DNA from: Gemmatimonadales bacterium
Lineage (GTDB): Bacteria; Gemmatimonadota; Gemmatimonadetes; Gemmatimonadales; GWC2-71-9
Length of the DNA: 64,000 nucleotides
Assembly: GCA_041615815.1 (NCBI GenBank)
Contig: JBFJCP010000003.1
Span: 127,125-191,124 of the forward strand
Reading direction: 5' to 3'
Both the position numbers and the translations under genes were made by a program. Positions 29,824 to 39,203 of the stretch are shown one piece after another; within the stretch, counting starts at the first letter, position 1, and each line of letters starts with the position of its first letter. The notes below the pieces were generated by a model that ran no database searches, was not told the DNA's origin, and saw only the letters and a program-made list of their open reading frames with translations.

Positions 29824-30258
29824 GTGATGAAGCGAACCCTGGTTGGTGCGTTGGTGGGTGTCGCCGCCCTCGCAGTCCTGGCTGGTCCAGTGTCCGCACA
29901 GAACGTGCGGATCGGGGGCTCGGTCCGACTCTCCGATGACGTCGTGGTTGGCTTCTCGTACGGACGGCCGCACGTCGACGGCGGGTATTACTACTACTAC
30001 GATCGGTACAGTCATCGGCATGCGCGGCAGCATCGCAAAGCGGCCCGCAAGCACCGCCGGTACCATCACGCGTTGGAGCATGAGCATTTCCAGCTCCATC
30101 GAGATCTTCGCGATGGGTACGCCGACCGATGGGATCATCGCGAATGGCACGACGCGGCCGAATACGACCACCACCATCTGCACGACAAGTTGGATCGTAA
30201 GCACCGGCGGGAGCATCGCCGGCAACGCCATCGCCATCCGCGGCACCACCGCCGCTAG
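29824..30258 (+). CDS. Secreted His/Arg-rich small protein
   Basis: GAGGAGG SD; Sec signal ending VSA-Q; 22 His residues. Confidence 0.8.
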   Translation: MMKRTLVGALVGVAALAVLAGPVSAQNVRIGGSVRLSDDVVVGFSYGRPHVDGGYYYYYDRYSHRHARQHRKAARKHRRYHHALEHEHFQLHRDLRDGYADRWDHREWHDAAEYDHHHLHDKLDRKHRREHRRQRHRHPRHHRR

Positions 30259-30283
30259 CGGCGGCGGCGGTGAACCGGCGAAT

Positions 30284-30328
30284 GAGCGAGCGGCCGGCGC
30301 CCTGCGGTGCCGGTCGTTTCGCTTTCTT
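30284..30328 (+). terminator. Probable intrinsic terminator
   Basis: GAGCGGCCGGCGC/GTGCCGGTCGTTT stem then CGCTTTCTT; between convergent genes. Confidence 0.55.
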
Positions 30329-30340
30329 AGTGGAAACGTT

Positions 30341-30880
30341 CTACGCCCGCGATGCCAAAATCCGCTCGAGTTGGCGCAGGTGCACGAGGTCGTGGCCGGC
30401 GTAGAGCCGAATCATGTGGGCAGCCGTTTCCTCGCCGCGCTCGCTGTGGATGCTGACGCGACCCAGGTCTTCCGGAGTGAGGCGGGACAAGAGCCGGAGG
30501 TTGAGCACCCGAAGCCATGCGAACTGCTCGAGCGCTTCCTTCGGAGTGGTGTCGCGATACCAAAGTCGCGCGGCCCAACGGTCTTGATCGTACCCGACGA
30601 GGGTGGGGCGATCTTCGGCGATCACCATCCTGAGCCGATACGCCCACACCAGATCGGAATCTGCGAGGTGCTGAAGCACCTCCGTCGCCGACCACTTGCC
30701 TGGGGCCTCGGGGTCGAGCAACTCCTGCGGAGCGCGGCCGGTGACCATGTCCCGAAGCCGGCCCGCCGTGCTCGACAGGACGTCTCGCGCATCCCTCTCT
30801 CCCAACAGGTCGAGAATGGCGGTCACGTATTGGTGCGCAGTCTCCGGCGCGCGCGATGCCGGGTTACTGAAGACAGACAT
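30341..30880 (-). CDS. DinB/YfiT family protein
   Basis: PGKWSATEVLQHLADS, YDQDRW, AGHDLVHLRQL. Confidence 0.9.
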   Translation of the reverse strand: MSVFSNPASRAPETAHQYVTAILDLLGERDARDVLSSTAGRLRDMVTGRAPQELLDPEAPGKWSATEVLQHLADSDLVWAYRLRMVIAEDRPTLVGYDQDRWAARLWYRDTTPKEALEQFAWLRVLNLRLLSRLTPEDLGRVSIHSERGEETAAHMIRLYAGHDLVHLRQLERILASRA

Positions 30881-30948
30881 CTCGGATTCCCTTCAGTTCG
30901 GGGCGCAGCTCGGCGAGCCCTCGACCCACCCGGGAGGCGTGGGCAGCC
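30767..30948. repeat. Copy A of a diverged ~180-bp direct repeat (intact dinB 5' end plus remnant of the upstream gene's 3' end)
   Basis: Aligns by eye with 31854-32033; 37 bp identical (30912-30948 = 31997-32033). Confidence 0.9.
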
Positions 30949-31017
30949 TCCCATTCCACGTGGGGCTGGCGCGCGGCGGAGGTTGCTGCCGTCAGCATTA
31001 CCCACAACGACGGGCCC

Positions 31018-31851
31018 CTAGGACCTGTGTACATCGACTTCAGCGCGTTGTGTGCTCTTCTCGGATGCTGGCCTCTTCAGATTGGTGGGCACTCCGACGA
31101 CGGCGCTCAAGGACTCAGCCCCTCTACACCCAAAGAATGCGAGCATCTTGTGAACCTGTTCAAGAGAGTTGAGTTCTTCGATGTCCACTTCGTAGTATTT
31201 GATTCTCGGGAACCGCGCCTTGAAGGCCGCAGCCTGTGCCGCAGTCTCGTGCACATACCATAGAAGGCAATCGAACTCATAGTTCGCCAACCAGTGCGGA
31301 GGCTGCAGTTTCACTCGGAAGACCTTTGTAAACAACCGACGTGCAATCTCGTACACGAAGGACACACCAAGACTGACCGTATACGATACCGTTGGTGAAC
31401 CCAGCACTGCCGGCGGAACTACTAAGGAATTCCTCTTGTCAGGCGTTGTTATCCAATGCCTGCCAAAAGGCATGAGGGGAGAACAGCCGATCCTCAACAA
31501 GCTTCTCGCGATCTTCGAAGGATCTCTCTTCAGGACGATGACTCCCATTCTGTCCTGGGGAATGTATTGAGGCAGAATCCACCCGAACCCCTTTATGAAA
31601 CAGTGGTTCGTTTCAACGTATACATCGCAATCACGCTTGATGGTTTCGATCCTTAGGGCCTTTTCTTGTGCTAGTTCCTTCATCAGGCCCTGATGACCTT
31701 TCGCGTAATGGCGCATGGCTCTTCCATTACCTATGGGCTGGGACTCATGAAAGGCTTGGCACCCCGCCACGTGATCGAATAGCGTCTTTAGGTATTGGGA
31801 ACCAGATCTGCCGGTATTGATCGAGAATATGTAATCGGTTGTTTTATCCAT
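31018..31851 (-). CDS. Low-GC P-loop protein, sulfotransferase-like
   Basis: N-terminal SINTGRSGS resembling a 5'-PSB loop, FHE, LKRDP; about 50% GC in lines counted. Confidence 0.7.
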   Translation of the reverse strand: MDKTTDYIFSINTGRSGSQYLKTLFDHVAGCQAFHESQPIGNGRAMRHYAKGHQGLMKELAQEKALRIETIKRDCDVYVETNHCFIKGFGWILPQYIPQDRMGVIVLKRDPSKIARSLLRIGCSPLMPFGRHWITTPDKRNSLVVPPAVLGSPTVSYTVSLGVSFVYEIARRLFTKVFRVKLQPPHWLANYEFDCLLWYVHETAAQAAAFKARFPRIKYYEVDIEELNSLEQVHKMLAFFGCRGAESLSAVVGVPTNLKRPASEKSTQRAEVDVHRS

Positions 31852-31853
31852 GG

Positions 31854-32033
31854 CGTGCTCGACACGTCCTCTCGGGAACCCTCTCTTTCACCAGGTCGAG
31901 AATGCCGGCCACCGAATGGTGCGTAACCTCCGGCCCGCAGAGGCCGGATCACTGAAGACGGACATCCCGGACCTCGCTCAGTTCGGAGCACACATGGGCG
32001 AGCCCTCGACCCACCCGGGAGGCGTGGGCAGCC
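31854..32033. repeat. Copy B of the direct repeat (decayed dinB 5' end plus true 3' end of the upstream gene)
   Basis: Minus strand reads MSVFSDPAS.. versus MSVFSNPAS.. of intact dinB, then frameshifts. Confidence 0.9.
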
Positions 32034-33117
32034 CGATCCCCATGCCACAGATGACATCCAAATCGCGGTGCGCCGCCACCGCGTTCCACCCAAACCCGCT
32101 GGACGTCACGAGATCGAACGCAACCCCGGATAGTTCATCCCATTCCAGATCGAATCGGCTCATCGCATAGGTGCGGTGTTCGGCGTAGTACCGCTCCTGC
32201 GCGTTCACGACGGCTCGGAGAGACGCTCGAAGGGCCTCGAGCAACCGCGCTCGCTCCGCTTCCGCGGGGGCGCCGCCATCATCACGGCTGCGCACCCAAG
32301 GGGGCGGGTGGGCGGTGCGCGTCGACCGCTCCAGCGCATAGAAACGAATGAAGTTGACGTCGGACTCGTCACGCCAACGACCCAAGACGAACTCTTCGCC
32401 GATGTGATGGGGCTCGAACGATCGGGGCGTTTCGACGACCGCCACCACACGACCACCGGGATCGACCACCGTCCATCGCCCAGCGAGCGCGGCTTCGACG
32501 GGGAACTCCCGAATCCATGCATGCCCGGCGTCGTCGACGCTGACATACCGATAGGCTGGACTCCCGTCGGGAAGCGGCAGCGCACGCAGTGCATTTCGCA
32601 CCCGCGTGCGGGTCTCCGCGAGCAGCCCTCCTTCAATCCAGTACCGCCGGAAGAGCCAGACGTCGGCGGGGAACTGCTCCTCCTGGCTCACCGAATCGAT
32701 CGGACTCACCCCGAGGAACACACCCGCGGTGTCAAACATCGACACCCGACCGGTTCCGTCGAGCGCCAGTAGCGTACCCGGAGTGAATTGATACACGCGT
32801 CGGAGTCCGCGAAACTCGCCCGGCCCCCGGCCCCACCTCCCGACGGCACGCACGAACCGACCGCCCGCTTCGTAGAATCGGAGCTCGTTGCTCCCCGTGT
32901 TCGCTACGACGATCCGCCCGTCGCGGAGCCGCACGGAGCTCGTGGCGGCGAACAGCTCCTGGTCCGGATCGCCTTCCACGACCCCGATGTCCACGAGCGG
33001 TTCGGTGGACAATGTCCACACCGCCACGGGAACGTCGCTCAGCCCGTCCGCACCGCCGCAGCCCGGCAGTAGCGCCACCAGCAGTGTTATCGACGATCCG
33101 ACCGACCGCGCCCTCAC
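31978..33117 (-). CDS. Lipoprotein, beta-propeller-like region plus C-terminal pilin-like domain
   Basis: Lipobox LPGC; GRWGRGPGEF propeller motif; LRAVVNAQERYYAEHRTYA and two C-terminal Cys; GTGA coupling. Confidence 0.75.
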   Translation of the reverse strand: MRARSVGSSITLLVALLPGCGGADGLSDVPVAVWTLSTEPLVDIGVVEGDPDQELFAATSSVRLRDGRIVVANTGSNELRFYEAGGRFVRAVGRWGRGPGEFRGLRRVYQFTPGTLLALDGTGRVSMFDTAGVFLGVSPIDSVSQEEQFPADVWLFRRYWIEGGLLAETRTRVRNALRALPLPDGSPAYRYVSVDDAGHAWIREFPVEAALAGRWTVVDPGGRVVAVVETPRSFEPHHIGEEFVLGRWRDESDVNFIRFYALERSTRTAHPPPWVRSRDDGGAPAEAERARLLEALRASLRAVVNAQERYYAEHRTYAMSRFDLEWDELSGVAFDLVTSSGFGWNAVAAHRDLDVICGMGIGLPTPPGWVEGSPMCAPN

Positions 33118-33491
33118 AGCCCGAGCCATCCAAAGCGGCCTATCGCAAGGACGAACGCGAGGACGCCCACATTGACGGGGATGCCCAACTTGGCGTCGGG
33201 CCACCCAAGCACGCACAGCACGAGGGAGAACGCCGCCGTACCACCGGTCAGCTCGATCCACCATGGGCGTCCGGTCATCAGGGCGATGCCCGCGACCACG
33301 AACAGCGCGGCAGTGGCGAGCCACACGATCCCCAGCACTCGGATTCCACGATTCCCGAGGTCCACCGTGTCGCCCAGAATCGTCGTCTTCGCAGGGGCTT
33401 CTGGGGGTGCCGCAACGCGCCACGGGAGGACGAACCCCACGAGATGCGCGAGGCCGTGGATAATGAGTACGATCGCGAAGGCAGTGCCCAT
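33114..33491 (-). CDS. Small membrane protein (4 TM)
   Basis: LIIHGLAHLVGF motif, hydrophobic segments, GAGG SD. Confidence 0.8.
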   Translation of the reverse strand: MGTAFAIVLIIHGLAHLVGFVLPWRVAAPPEAPAKTTILGDTVDLGNRGIRVLGIVWLATAALFVVAGIALMTGRPWWIELTGGTAAFSLVLCVLGWPDAKLGIPVNVGVLAFVLAIGRFGWLGL

Positions 33492-33595
33492 GGGCCCTCA
33501 ATTCGTCACCGCTGTGGCGCCTCGGGTAGGAGGCGTTCGGTCTGGACGGCGAGGGTGTGGGTGCGGCGGGATGACCGCACCTAGTACTGACGCGT

Positions 33596-34276
33596 TCATG
33601 TTGCCTGCCGTGCCCGGCGTTCTTTCAGGTACGTGTGCCAAAGTATGCGGGCCGCCACGGCTCGCCAGGGCGCCCACGCAGCAGCAATGCGCTGGAGGCG
33701 CTCCCGGCTTGGCAGCCGGCGCAGGTTTCTCAATTGCTTGACCGCGCTCGCGAGCGCCAAATCGCCGTCCGGCCAGACGTCCGGACGCCGCAGCGCCATG
33801 AGCAGATAGATATCCGCCGTCCAGGAACCAATGCCTTTCATTTCCTGCAGCGCGCGGCGGACGCTCGCGTCCGCGGCACCGCCGAGCGCCCGCAGGTCGA
33901 GCCCGCCGTCCACCACCCGCGTGGCGATCCCATGGGTGTACGCCGCCTTTTGTCGCGTCAGTCCGAACGCTTGCAGCGCGGCGGGATCGAGCGCCGAGAT
34001 GCGGCGGGCCGTCACCCGCCCCACGCCGGCCACCAGACGAGCATAGGTGGCGCGAGCCGACGCGAGTGAGACCTGCTGCTCCAAGACAATGCGGACGAGC
34101 GTCGCAAACCCCGGACGGCGGGCCCATAACGGAGGTGGTCCGTGTCGCCTCACGTTGGCGGCCAACGCCCGATCTCGCTGGCACAGCAGACGCGTGCCGC
34201 GGATCAGCGTCGAGGGGGTGAGCGGTCGAGTCACGTCTACATGTCCGTCGGTGATGATCGACCGTGCCTGCTTCAT
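33596..34276 (-). CDS. DNA-3-methyladenine glycosylase II (HhH-GPD/AlkA family)
   Basis: IVLEQQVSLASA, KGIGSWTADIYLL..RPDVWP.GDLAL, WAPWR. Confidence 0.9.
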   Translation of the reverse strand: MKQARSIITDGHVDVTRPLTPSTLIRGTRLLCQRDRALAANVRRHGPPPLWARRPGFATLVRIVLEQQVSLASARATYARLVAGVGRVTARRISALDPAALQAFGLTRQKAAYTHGIATRVVDGGLDLRALGGAADASVRRALQEMKGIGSWTADIYLLMALRRPDVWPDGDLALASAVKQLRNLRRLPSRERLQRIAAAWAPWRAVAARILWHTYLKERRARQAT

Positions 34277-35340
34277 TCGTTCTGGCACTGCCCGGGGAGA
34301 TCGGTGGACCCCCCAGCGAGCGCCCTGACCCATCGCGGCTCGCGCGGCTCCTCGCGCACCGGGATCCCGCGCGCGATGGCCCAGCGATGCACCCACGAGA
34401 GTCCCTGGCGACCGACATAGGTATCGGGGAGCTGATACGCCGGGTCCGCGAGCGCATCGTCGAGCGACACGAACTGGTATCCTCGTCGCTCGAGCATCGT
34501 GAGAACGTCGCCGAGATACGCGGCATTGAGGGTGTTCACGTGCAACAGCAGGACCTGGGGAGGTTCGTAGCCCACGACCCGACGCGACCAGCCCTCGAAA
34601 AAGGCGACGACGGACTCCATGAACGGCACGTAGGCTGCGGCCACACACTCAGCCGTCGCCGCGTCGGATCTCCGGCGTGCCTGGCGATAGGCGTTGGCAA
34701 AGACCCACTCCTGATTGTCGATCGTAACGGGCGCATTGCGATACCCATGCTCCTTCAGAAAACGCTCCATGGCCAGCTTGGTTTCCGGGTCCTGACCGGT
34801 GTGCAGCATGGGAAATCGGAAATAACGCAATGACCGCCCGTAGGGCGCGAGCGCTCGGCGGGTCACGGTTTCACCGCGAAGCACGTCCCGCTGATACGTT
34901 TCGAGCGAAGAGGTATTGAGATCCAGATGGGAGAACGAATGGTTCCCCAGGGAAAACCCGGCGTCCAGCCACAGCGAGAGCACCCGTGGAAGCAGGGTCT
35001 CGCGCAGCTCGTCGCAGATCCGCCCCTCGACGACGAACACCGTGGCCGGTGCGTCGGCCGCCACGAGGTGATCGACCATCCGACGATTGACGGAGAGCAC
35101 CGCGTTGGCGTCACACATCCCATCGGCGGGGACTCCGGGCACATCGTCGATCGTGACGGCGACGCGGCGGGGCGCGGAAGCATCCTCGCGGGATAGCACG
35201 GGCCGCGCGCCCTCCTGCCCGGACCCCCGGACGGACGACGCCGCAAGGATGATCGCGACGAGAGCGGAGGATCGAACGACATCCACGCGCGGAACTTGAT
35301 ACCTGGCCGCGGGTGTTCGCAACGGGACGGGGTTCGGCAT
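34273..35340 (-). CDS. Exported polysaccharide deacetylase (CE4)
   Basis: VAVTIDD, GNHSFSH, YFRFP, LLLH; start uncertain. Confidence 0.87.
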   Translation of the reverse strand: MPNPVPLRTPAARYQVPRVDVVRSSALVAIILAASSVRGSGQEGARPVLSREDASAPRRVAVTIDDVPGVPADGMCDANAVLSVNRRMVDHLVAADAPATVFVVEGRICDELRETLLPRVLSLWLDAGFSLGNHSFSHLDLNTSSLETYQRDVLRGETVTRRALAPYGRSLRYFRFPMLHTGQDPETKLAMERFLKEHGYRNAPVTIDNQEWVFANAYRQARRRSDAATAECVAAAYVPFMESVVAFFEGWSRRVVGYEPPQVLLLHVNTLNAAYLGDVLTMLERRGYQFVSLDDALADPAYQLPDTYVGRQGLSWVHRWAIARGIPVREEPREPRWVRALAGGSTDLPGQCQNE

Positions 35341-35394
35341 ATCGTTGGAGACCGGTGTGAGCTGGGGTGGGGGCAGACGCACCATCAAGGAGGC

Positions 35395-36633
35395 ATGGTC
35401 GTGAATCGTCGAGAATTCTTGGCCACCGGCGTCGGTGGCGCGCTCGGTCACTCCGTCCCGTGGCGGCCCGCGTACCCGTCCTGGTCTCAACAGGGCGGCG
35501 TCCGCCAGCTGTTCCCTCGCCTCGAACACGAGATCTTTCTCAACGCCGCCGCCGGAACGCCCCTCGCCCGATTCGCCGCCGCCGGTTTGGAGCGGTATCA
35601 GGACTTCTGGCAGTTGGGACCGTCGGAAGGCCGCGGGGAGTACGCCGCTGAAGTGCTGTCGGAGATCCGAGGATTGTTCGCTTCGTTCATCGGTGCTCGA
35701 GCATCAGAGATCGGGCTGGTCCACTGCACGAAGGCAGGTGAACAGATCGTGCTCGACAGCCTCCCGGCGTTACGGGAGGGAGGCAACGTGGTCACCAACG
35801 ACATGCACTTCACCGGATCCCTCCACAACCTGGTTGGGCTCAAGAGAGCCGGGATGGATGTGCGAATCGTGCGCGGCTCCGCATGGGATGTGCCCCTCGA
35901 GGCCATGGAGGCCGCGATCGACCACCGAACGGCGCTCGTGGCCGTTACCCTGGTTTCCAACATCAACGGACGAATCGAGCCGGTGCGCGAGCTCTCCGAG
36001 ATCGCCCATGCGCGGGGAGCGTATGTCTACGCCGATGTGATCCAGGCGGCCGGCATCGTTCCCTTCGACGTACGGGAGCTGGGGGTGGATTTCGCCGCGT
36101 GCTCGGGATACAAATGGCTCTTTGGCCCGCATGGAGTGGGGTTCTTCTACGTGGCGGAGGAACATCAGGGAACGGCTCTCCCGGACCACCTCTTCCCGGG
36201 ACACGTGGCGCACAACTATCCCCCTTGGGTCAGGGAGATCGATGCGAACCACGATGAGTTCGTGTACCGATCACCCACGGACGCGCGGCGATACCAGCCC
36301 GGTCACGTGAGCTACCTGGGGTACGCAGCGCTCTACGAGGGACTCAAGTTCATCGATGGCATCGGGATCGACATCATGCAGCGCCACGCAGTTCGACTGT
36401 CGCGCCGTCTCGAGCGAGCGCTCGACGCAGACAAGTATCGCTGTATCTCCCCGCACCTGGATCGGTGCCCCATCGCCACGTTCGTCACCCGCAACACCCG
36501 GGCGCTCGAGCCGCGCCTCCGGGCAGCGGGACTCGTGGTGACGCTCAATGGGAATCGGCTTCGCGTCTCGCCGGCCATCTACAACACCGACGACGATATC
36601 GACCGGCTCGTGGCCGTGCTCAATGCCGCATGA
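35395..36633 (+). CDS. Class V PLP-dependent enzyme with Tat signal
   Basis: AGGAGG SD; NRREFL; FLNAAA, DVIQAAG, SGYKWLFGPHG, RVSPAIYN. Confidence 0.88.
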   Translation: MVVNRREFLATGVGGALGHSVPWRPAYPSWSQQGGVRQLFPRLEHEIFLNAAAGTPLARFAAAGLERYQDFWQLGPSEGRGEYAAEVLSEIRGLFASFIGARASEIGLVHCTKAGEQIVLDSLPALREGGNVVTNDMHFTGSLHNLVGLKRAGMDVRIVRGSAWDVPLEAMEAAIDHRTALVAVTLVSNINGRIEPVRELSEIAHARGAYVYADVIQAAGIVPFDVRELGVDFAACSGYKWLFGPHGVGFFYVAEEHQGTALPDHLFPGHVAHNYPPWVREIDANHDEFVYRSPTDARRYQPGHVSYLGYAALYEGLKFIDGIGIDIMQRHAVRLSRRLERALDADKYRCISPHLDRCPIATFVTRNTRALEPRLRAAGLVVTLNGNRLRVSPAIYNTDDDIDRLVAVLNAA

Positions 36634-36768
36634 CGAGGTTCGTCCTGCTCGATCGGGTCATTAGGGCTCAGCACCCGCGTTACCACAGCCGGTCCGTGGG
36701 AGCCAGAGCTCGCACGCTAGAGGAGGTACGTCGTCGTCGCAATGACGGTCCCTCGGAGGGTGCACACG

Positions 36769-37398
36769 TCATGGCGGGGGCCGATTGCGCGACTCGAAGA
36801 GCCAGATGAGGGTGACCGCGGTCATCGCGCCGACGAGGTTCGCCACGAGATCCCACCCCGTATTGATGTATCCGCCGACGTTGGTCTCCGGTACCAGGAG
36901 CGTGGCGACGAATTCGACGACCTCGTTGAGCGCGCCAAACCCCAACCCGGCCGTCGCGGTGAGAACCATCAAACCAACCGTGGGCGTGGCGATCCCCTTG
37001 CGCCGCCGGATGGCTGAACGCAAGCCTTGCCAACAGACCCAGGTGGTGACCCCGAATCCGTACGCGTGCACAACGTGATCGTACTTCAGCCGCTCCGGCA
37101 GCAGCCACAACGAGTACAGCACCCCGCTCTCGGCATTGGTGGGCCAGCTCGATGGAACGACCAGGAGCCCGCCCGCCATGTGAGCCAGTCCCCAAAAGCT
37201 CAACGCCCAGAGGGCGCCGACGCTGAGCGAGACCTGTGCATGCACCGCCCAGACCACGCCGATCAGGACGAGCATGACCACGATGTAGAACAGGAACTCT
37301 TGATTGCCCCGTGTGAGTGCGAGGATCAATGCCCCCGCGAGGTACGTGGCTGTAAAAGCGACCACCGGCCAAATCACATTCGCTCGTCGAATCGACAT
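36769..37398 (-). CDS. DUF2238-like membrane protein
   Basis: YDHVVH, ALNEVVEF, NTGWDLVAN. Confidence 0.75.
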   Translation of the reverse strand: MSIRRANVIWPVVAFTATYLAGALILALTRGNQEFLFYIVVMLVLIGVVWAVHAQVSLSVGALWALSFWGLAHMAGGLLVVPSSWPTNAESGVLYSLWLLPERLKYDHVVHAYGFGVTTWVCWQGLRSAIRRRKGIATPTVGLMVLTATAGLGFGALNEVVEFVATLLVPETNVGGYINTGWDLVANLVGAMTAVTLIWLFESRNRPPP

Positions 37399-37404
37399 TC
37401 GTAG

Positions 37405-37884
37405 CTACGCTAGTTCGTGCGAGATGGACGGGCGGGTCAACGCCCGGTGGACGACCGCGATCGTGACTCCCACCACTTGGAGGACCAGCACCCACAGCAC
37501 ACCCTCCAACAGTACCAGACCAAGCGGCTCGTGCATGACGTTCCACGGAAGGTAGAACTCGAACCACGGGACCATGAGTCCCCACGCCACGAGACCGAAT
37601 GTCATACCTCTGAGCCAGCTCCGTCGCGGAAGCGCCCGCTCCACTACTGTGAACGCCGCCGAGTACACGATACCGATGACCAGGAGACCGCCCACGAGTA
37701 TCCACGGGTTCACGCTGGCTCGGGGGAGCGGCTCGATCTCAGAAAAGACCGCGAGGAACTTTGCGCTCTGGAAGCTCGGGTTCGCGAGAATGCGTTGGGC
37801 AGGACCGAAGAAGACGACGAGCGCCGCGTACCACACGATGCCGGCGCTCACGCCACCCACGACGACGCGAGGAATCGCGGACAT
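37405..37884 (-). CDS. Hypothetical membrane protein
   Basis: 4 TM segments; tightly packed in the operon. Confidence 0.75.
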   Translation of the reverse strand: MSAIPRVVVGGVSAGIVWYAALVVFFGPAQRILANPSFQSAKFLAVFSEIEPLPRASVNPWILVGGLLVIGIVYSAAFTVVERALPRRSWLRGMTFGLVAWGLMVPWFEFYLPWNVMHEPLGLVLLEGVLWVLVLQVVGVTIAVVHRALTRPSISHELA

Positions 37885-37886
37885 CG

Positions 37887-39050
37887 CTACTCCGCCGCCG
37901 CTGGCACCGCGGCGTCGAGCGCCGCACGAATATCGCCGAGCAGGTCTTCGGTGGCTTCCAGACCCACTGACAACCGAATCAACCCGTCCGTGATTCCGGT
38001 CTCCGCCCTCTCCTGTGGCGACAGGCCCGAGTGGACCGCCGCCGCTGGCCGGACGACTAGCGACTCGGCGCCACCGAGACTGGCGGCCACGGCCGGGTAT
38101 TCCACACGCTCGAGGAATCGGTCGGCCGCTTCCATTCCACCCCGCAACTCAAACGACATCATGCCCCCAAATCCATCCAACAAGCGCCGCGCCCGCGCAT
38201 GCTGGGGATGGGAAGGGAGTCCCGGATAGTTGACGACCGTCACCGCCGGATGCGCAGCCAGGGCGGCGGCAATGCGCTCGGCACTCTGACTCTGGTGCCG
38301 GACTCGAAGTGCGAGGGTCTTGAGACCTCGCTCCAAGAGAAAACAGCCGTGAGGGTCGAGCGTACCGCCCAGATGGTCCAACGTGAGCTTGACCCGTCGC
38401 ACCCGTTCGGCGCTGGCCGCGACGCACCCGGCCACCAAATCGTTGTGTCCACTCATGTACTTGGTGCAACTCTCCACCACCAGGTCGAAGCCCAACGCAG
38501 CCGGCCGGAAGTTGACGGGGCTCGCGAACGTATTGTCCACGATGGAGACGAGACCGTGGTCGCGCGCAAAGGCGACCACTGCTTCGAGATCAGCCATCTG
38601 CACCAACGGATTCGTCAGTGTCTCAACGTAAACCGCACGAGTGGTTGGCCTGAGCATCGAATCCCACGATCCCGGAGCCTGCGCATCGATCACCGAGTAC
38701 TCGATACCAAACCGGCGCAGCTCGTTGTTGAGAAAACCACTCGTGCCGCCGTACAGACAATCTTGGACCAGCAGATGGTCGCCGCTGGAAAGATGAGTCA
38801 GCAGTGTGGCCGAGATCGCGGCCATGCCGCTGCCCGTCACGAGGGCCGCCTCGGCCGCCTCGAGCGCGGCGACGCGTTCACCCAGCACAAGGTGGTTGGG
38901 ACTATTGCTCAGACGGAGATACCCGACATCGTGATAGTCCTCACCGTGATACTCGAACGTGCTGGACTGGAACACCGGGGTCACGATGGCGCCCCGCACG
39001 CGGGGACGCAGCGAGCCAGCGTGAAGCGTTTTGGTCTGAATGTCCTTCAT
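37887..39050 (-). CDS. Cys/Met metabolism PLP enzyme (cystathionine gamma-synthase/lyase family)
   Basis: PVFQSSTF, SGMAAI, VDNTFASP, SCTKYMSGHND, SLGGAESL, IRLSVGLE. Confidence 0.92.
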   Translation of the reverse strand: MKDIQTKTLHAGSLRPRVRGAIVTPVFQSSTFEYHGEDYHDVGYLRLSNSPNHLVLGERVAALEAAEAALVTGSGMAAISATLLTHLSSGDHLLVQDCLYGGTSGFLNNELRRFGIEYSVIDAQAPGSWDSMLRPTTRAVYVETLTNPLVQMADLEAVVAFARDHGLVSIVDNTFASPVNFRPAALGFDLVVESCTKYMSGHNDLVAGCVAASAERVRRVKLTLDHLGGTLDPHGCFLLERGLKTLALRVRHQSQSAERIAAALAAHPAVTVVNYPGLPSHPQHARARRLLDGFGGMMSFELRGGMEAADRFLERVEYPAVAASLGGAESLVVRPAAAVHSGLSPQERAETGITDGLIRLSVGLEATEDLLGDIRAALDAAVPAAAE

Positions 39051-39203
39051 GGAAGACCCTTTGAGAGAAACCGGGCGGGAGCTCCCAGTGCGGGGCGTCC
39101 CGCGTCCCGGATACATCCACGCGCAGCGGCCCAGGTGCCGCCGCGATGACTCAGGACAAGCTCGCGGTTCCGCGCGCCATGAGCATCCGCGGTGATCCCC
39201 ATG

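Noticed and set aside
39051..39203. SAM riboswitch upstream of the Cys/Met lyase
   Set aside because: SAM-I/II conserved elements not found by eye
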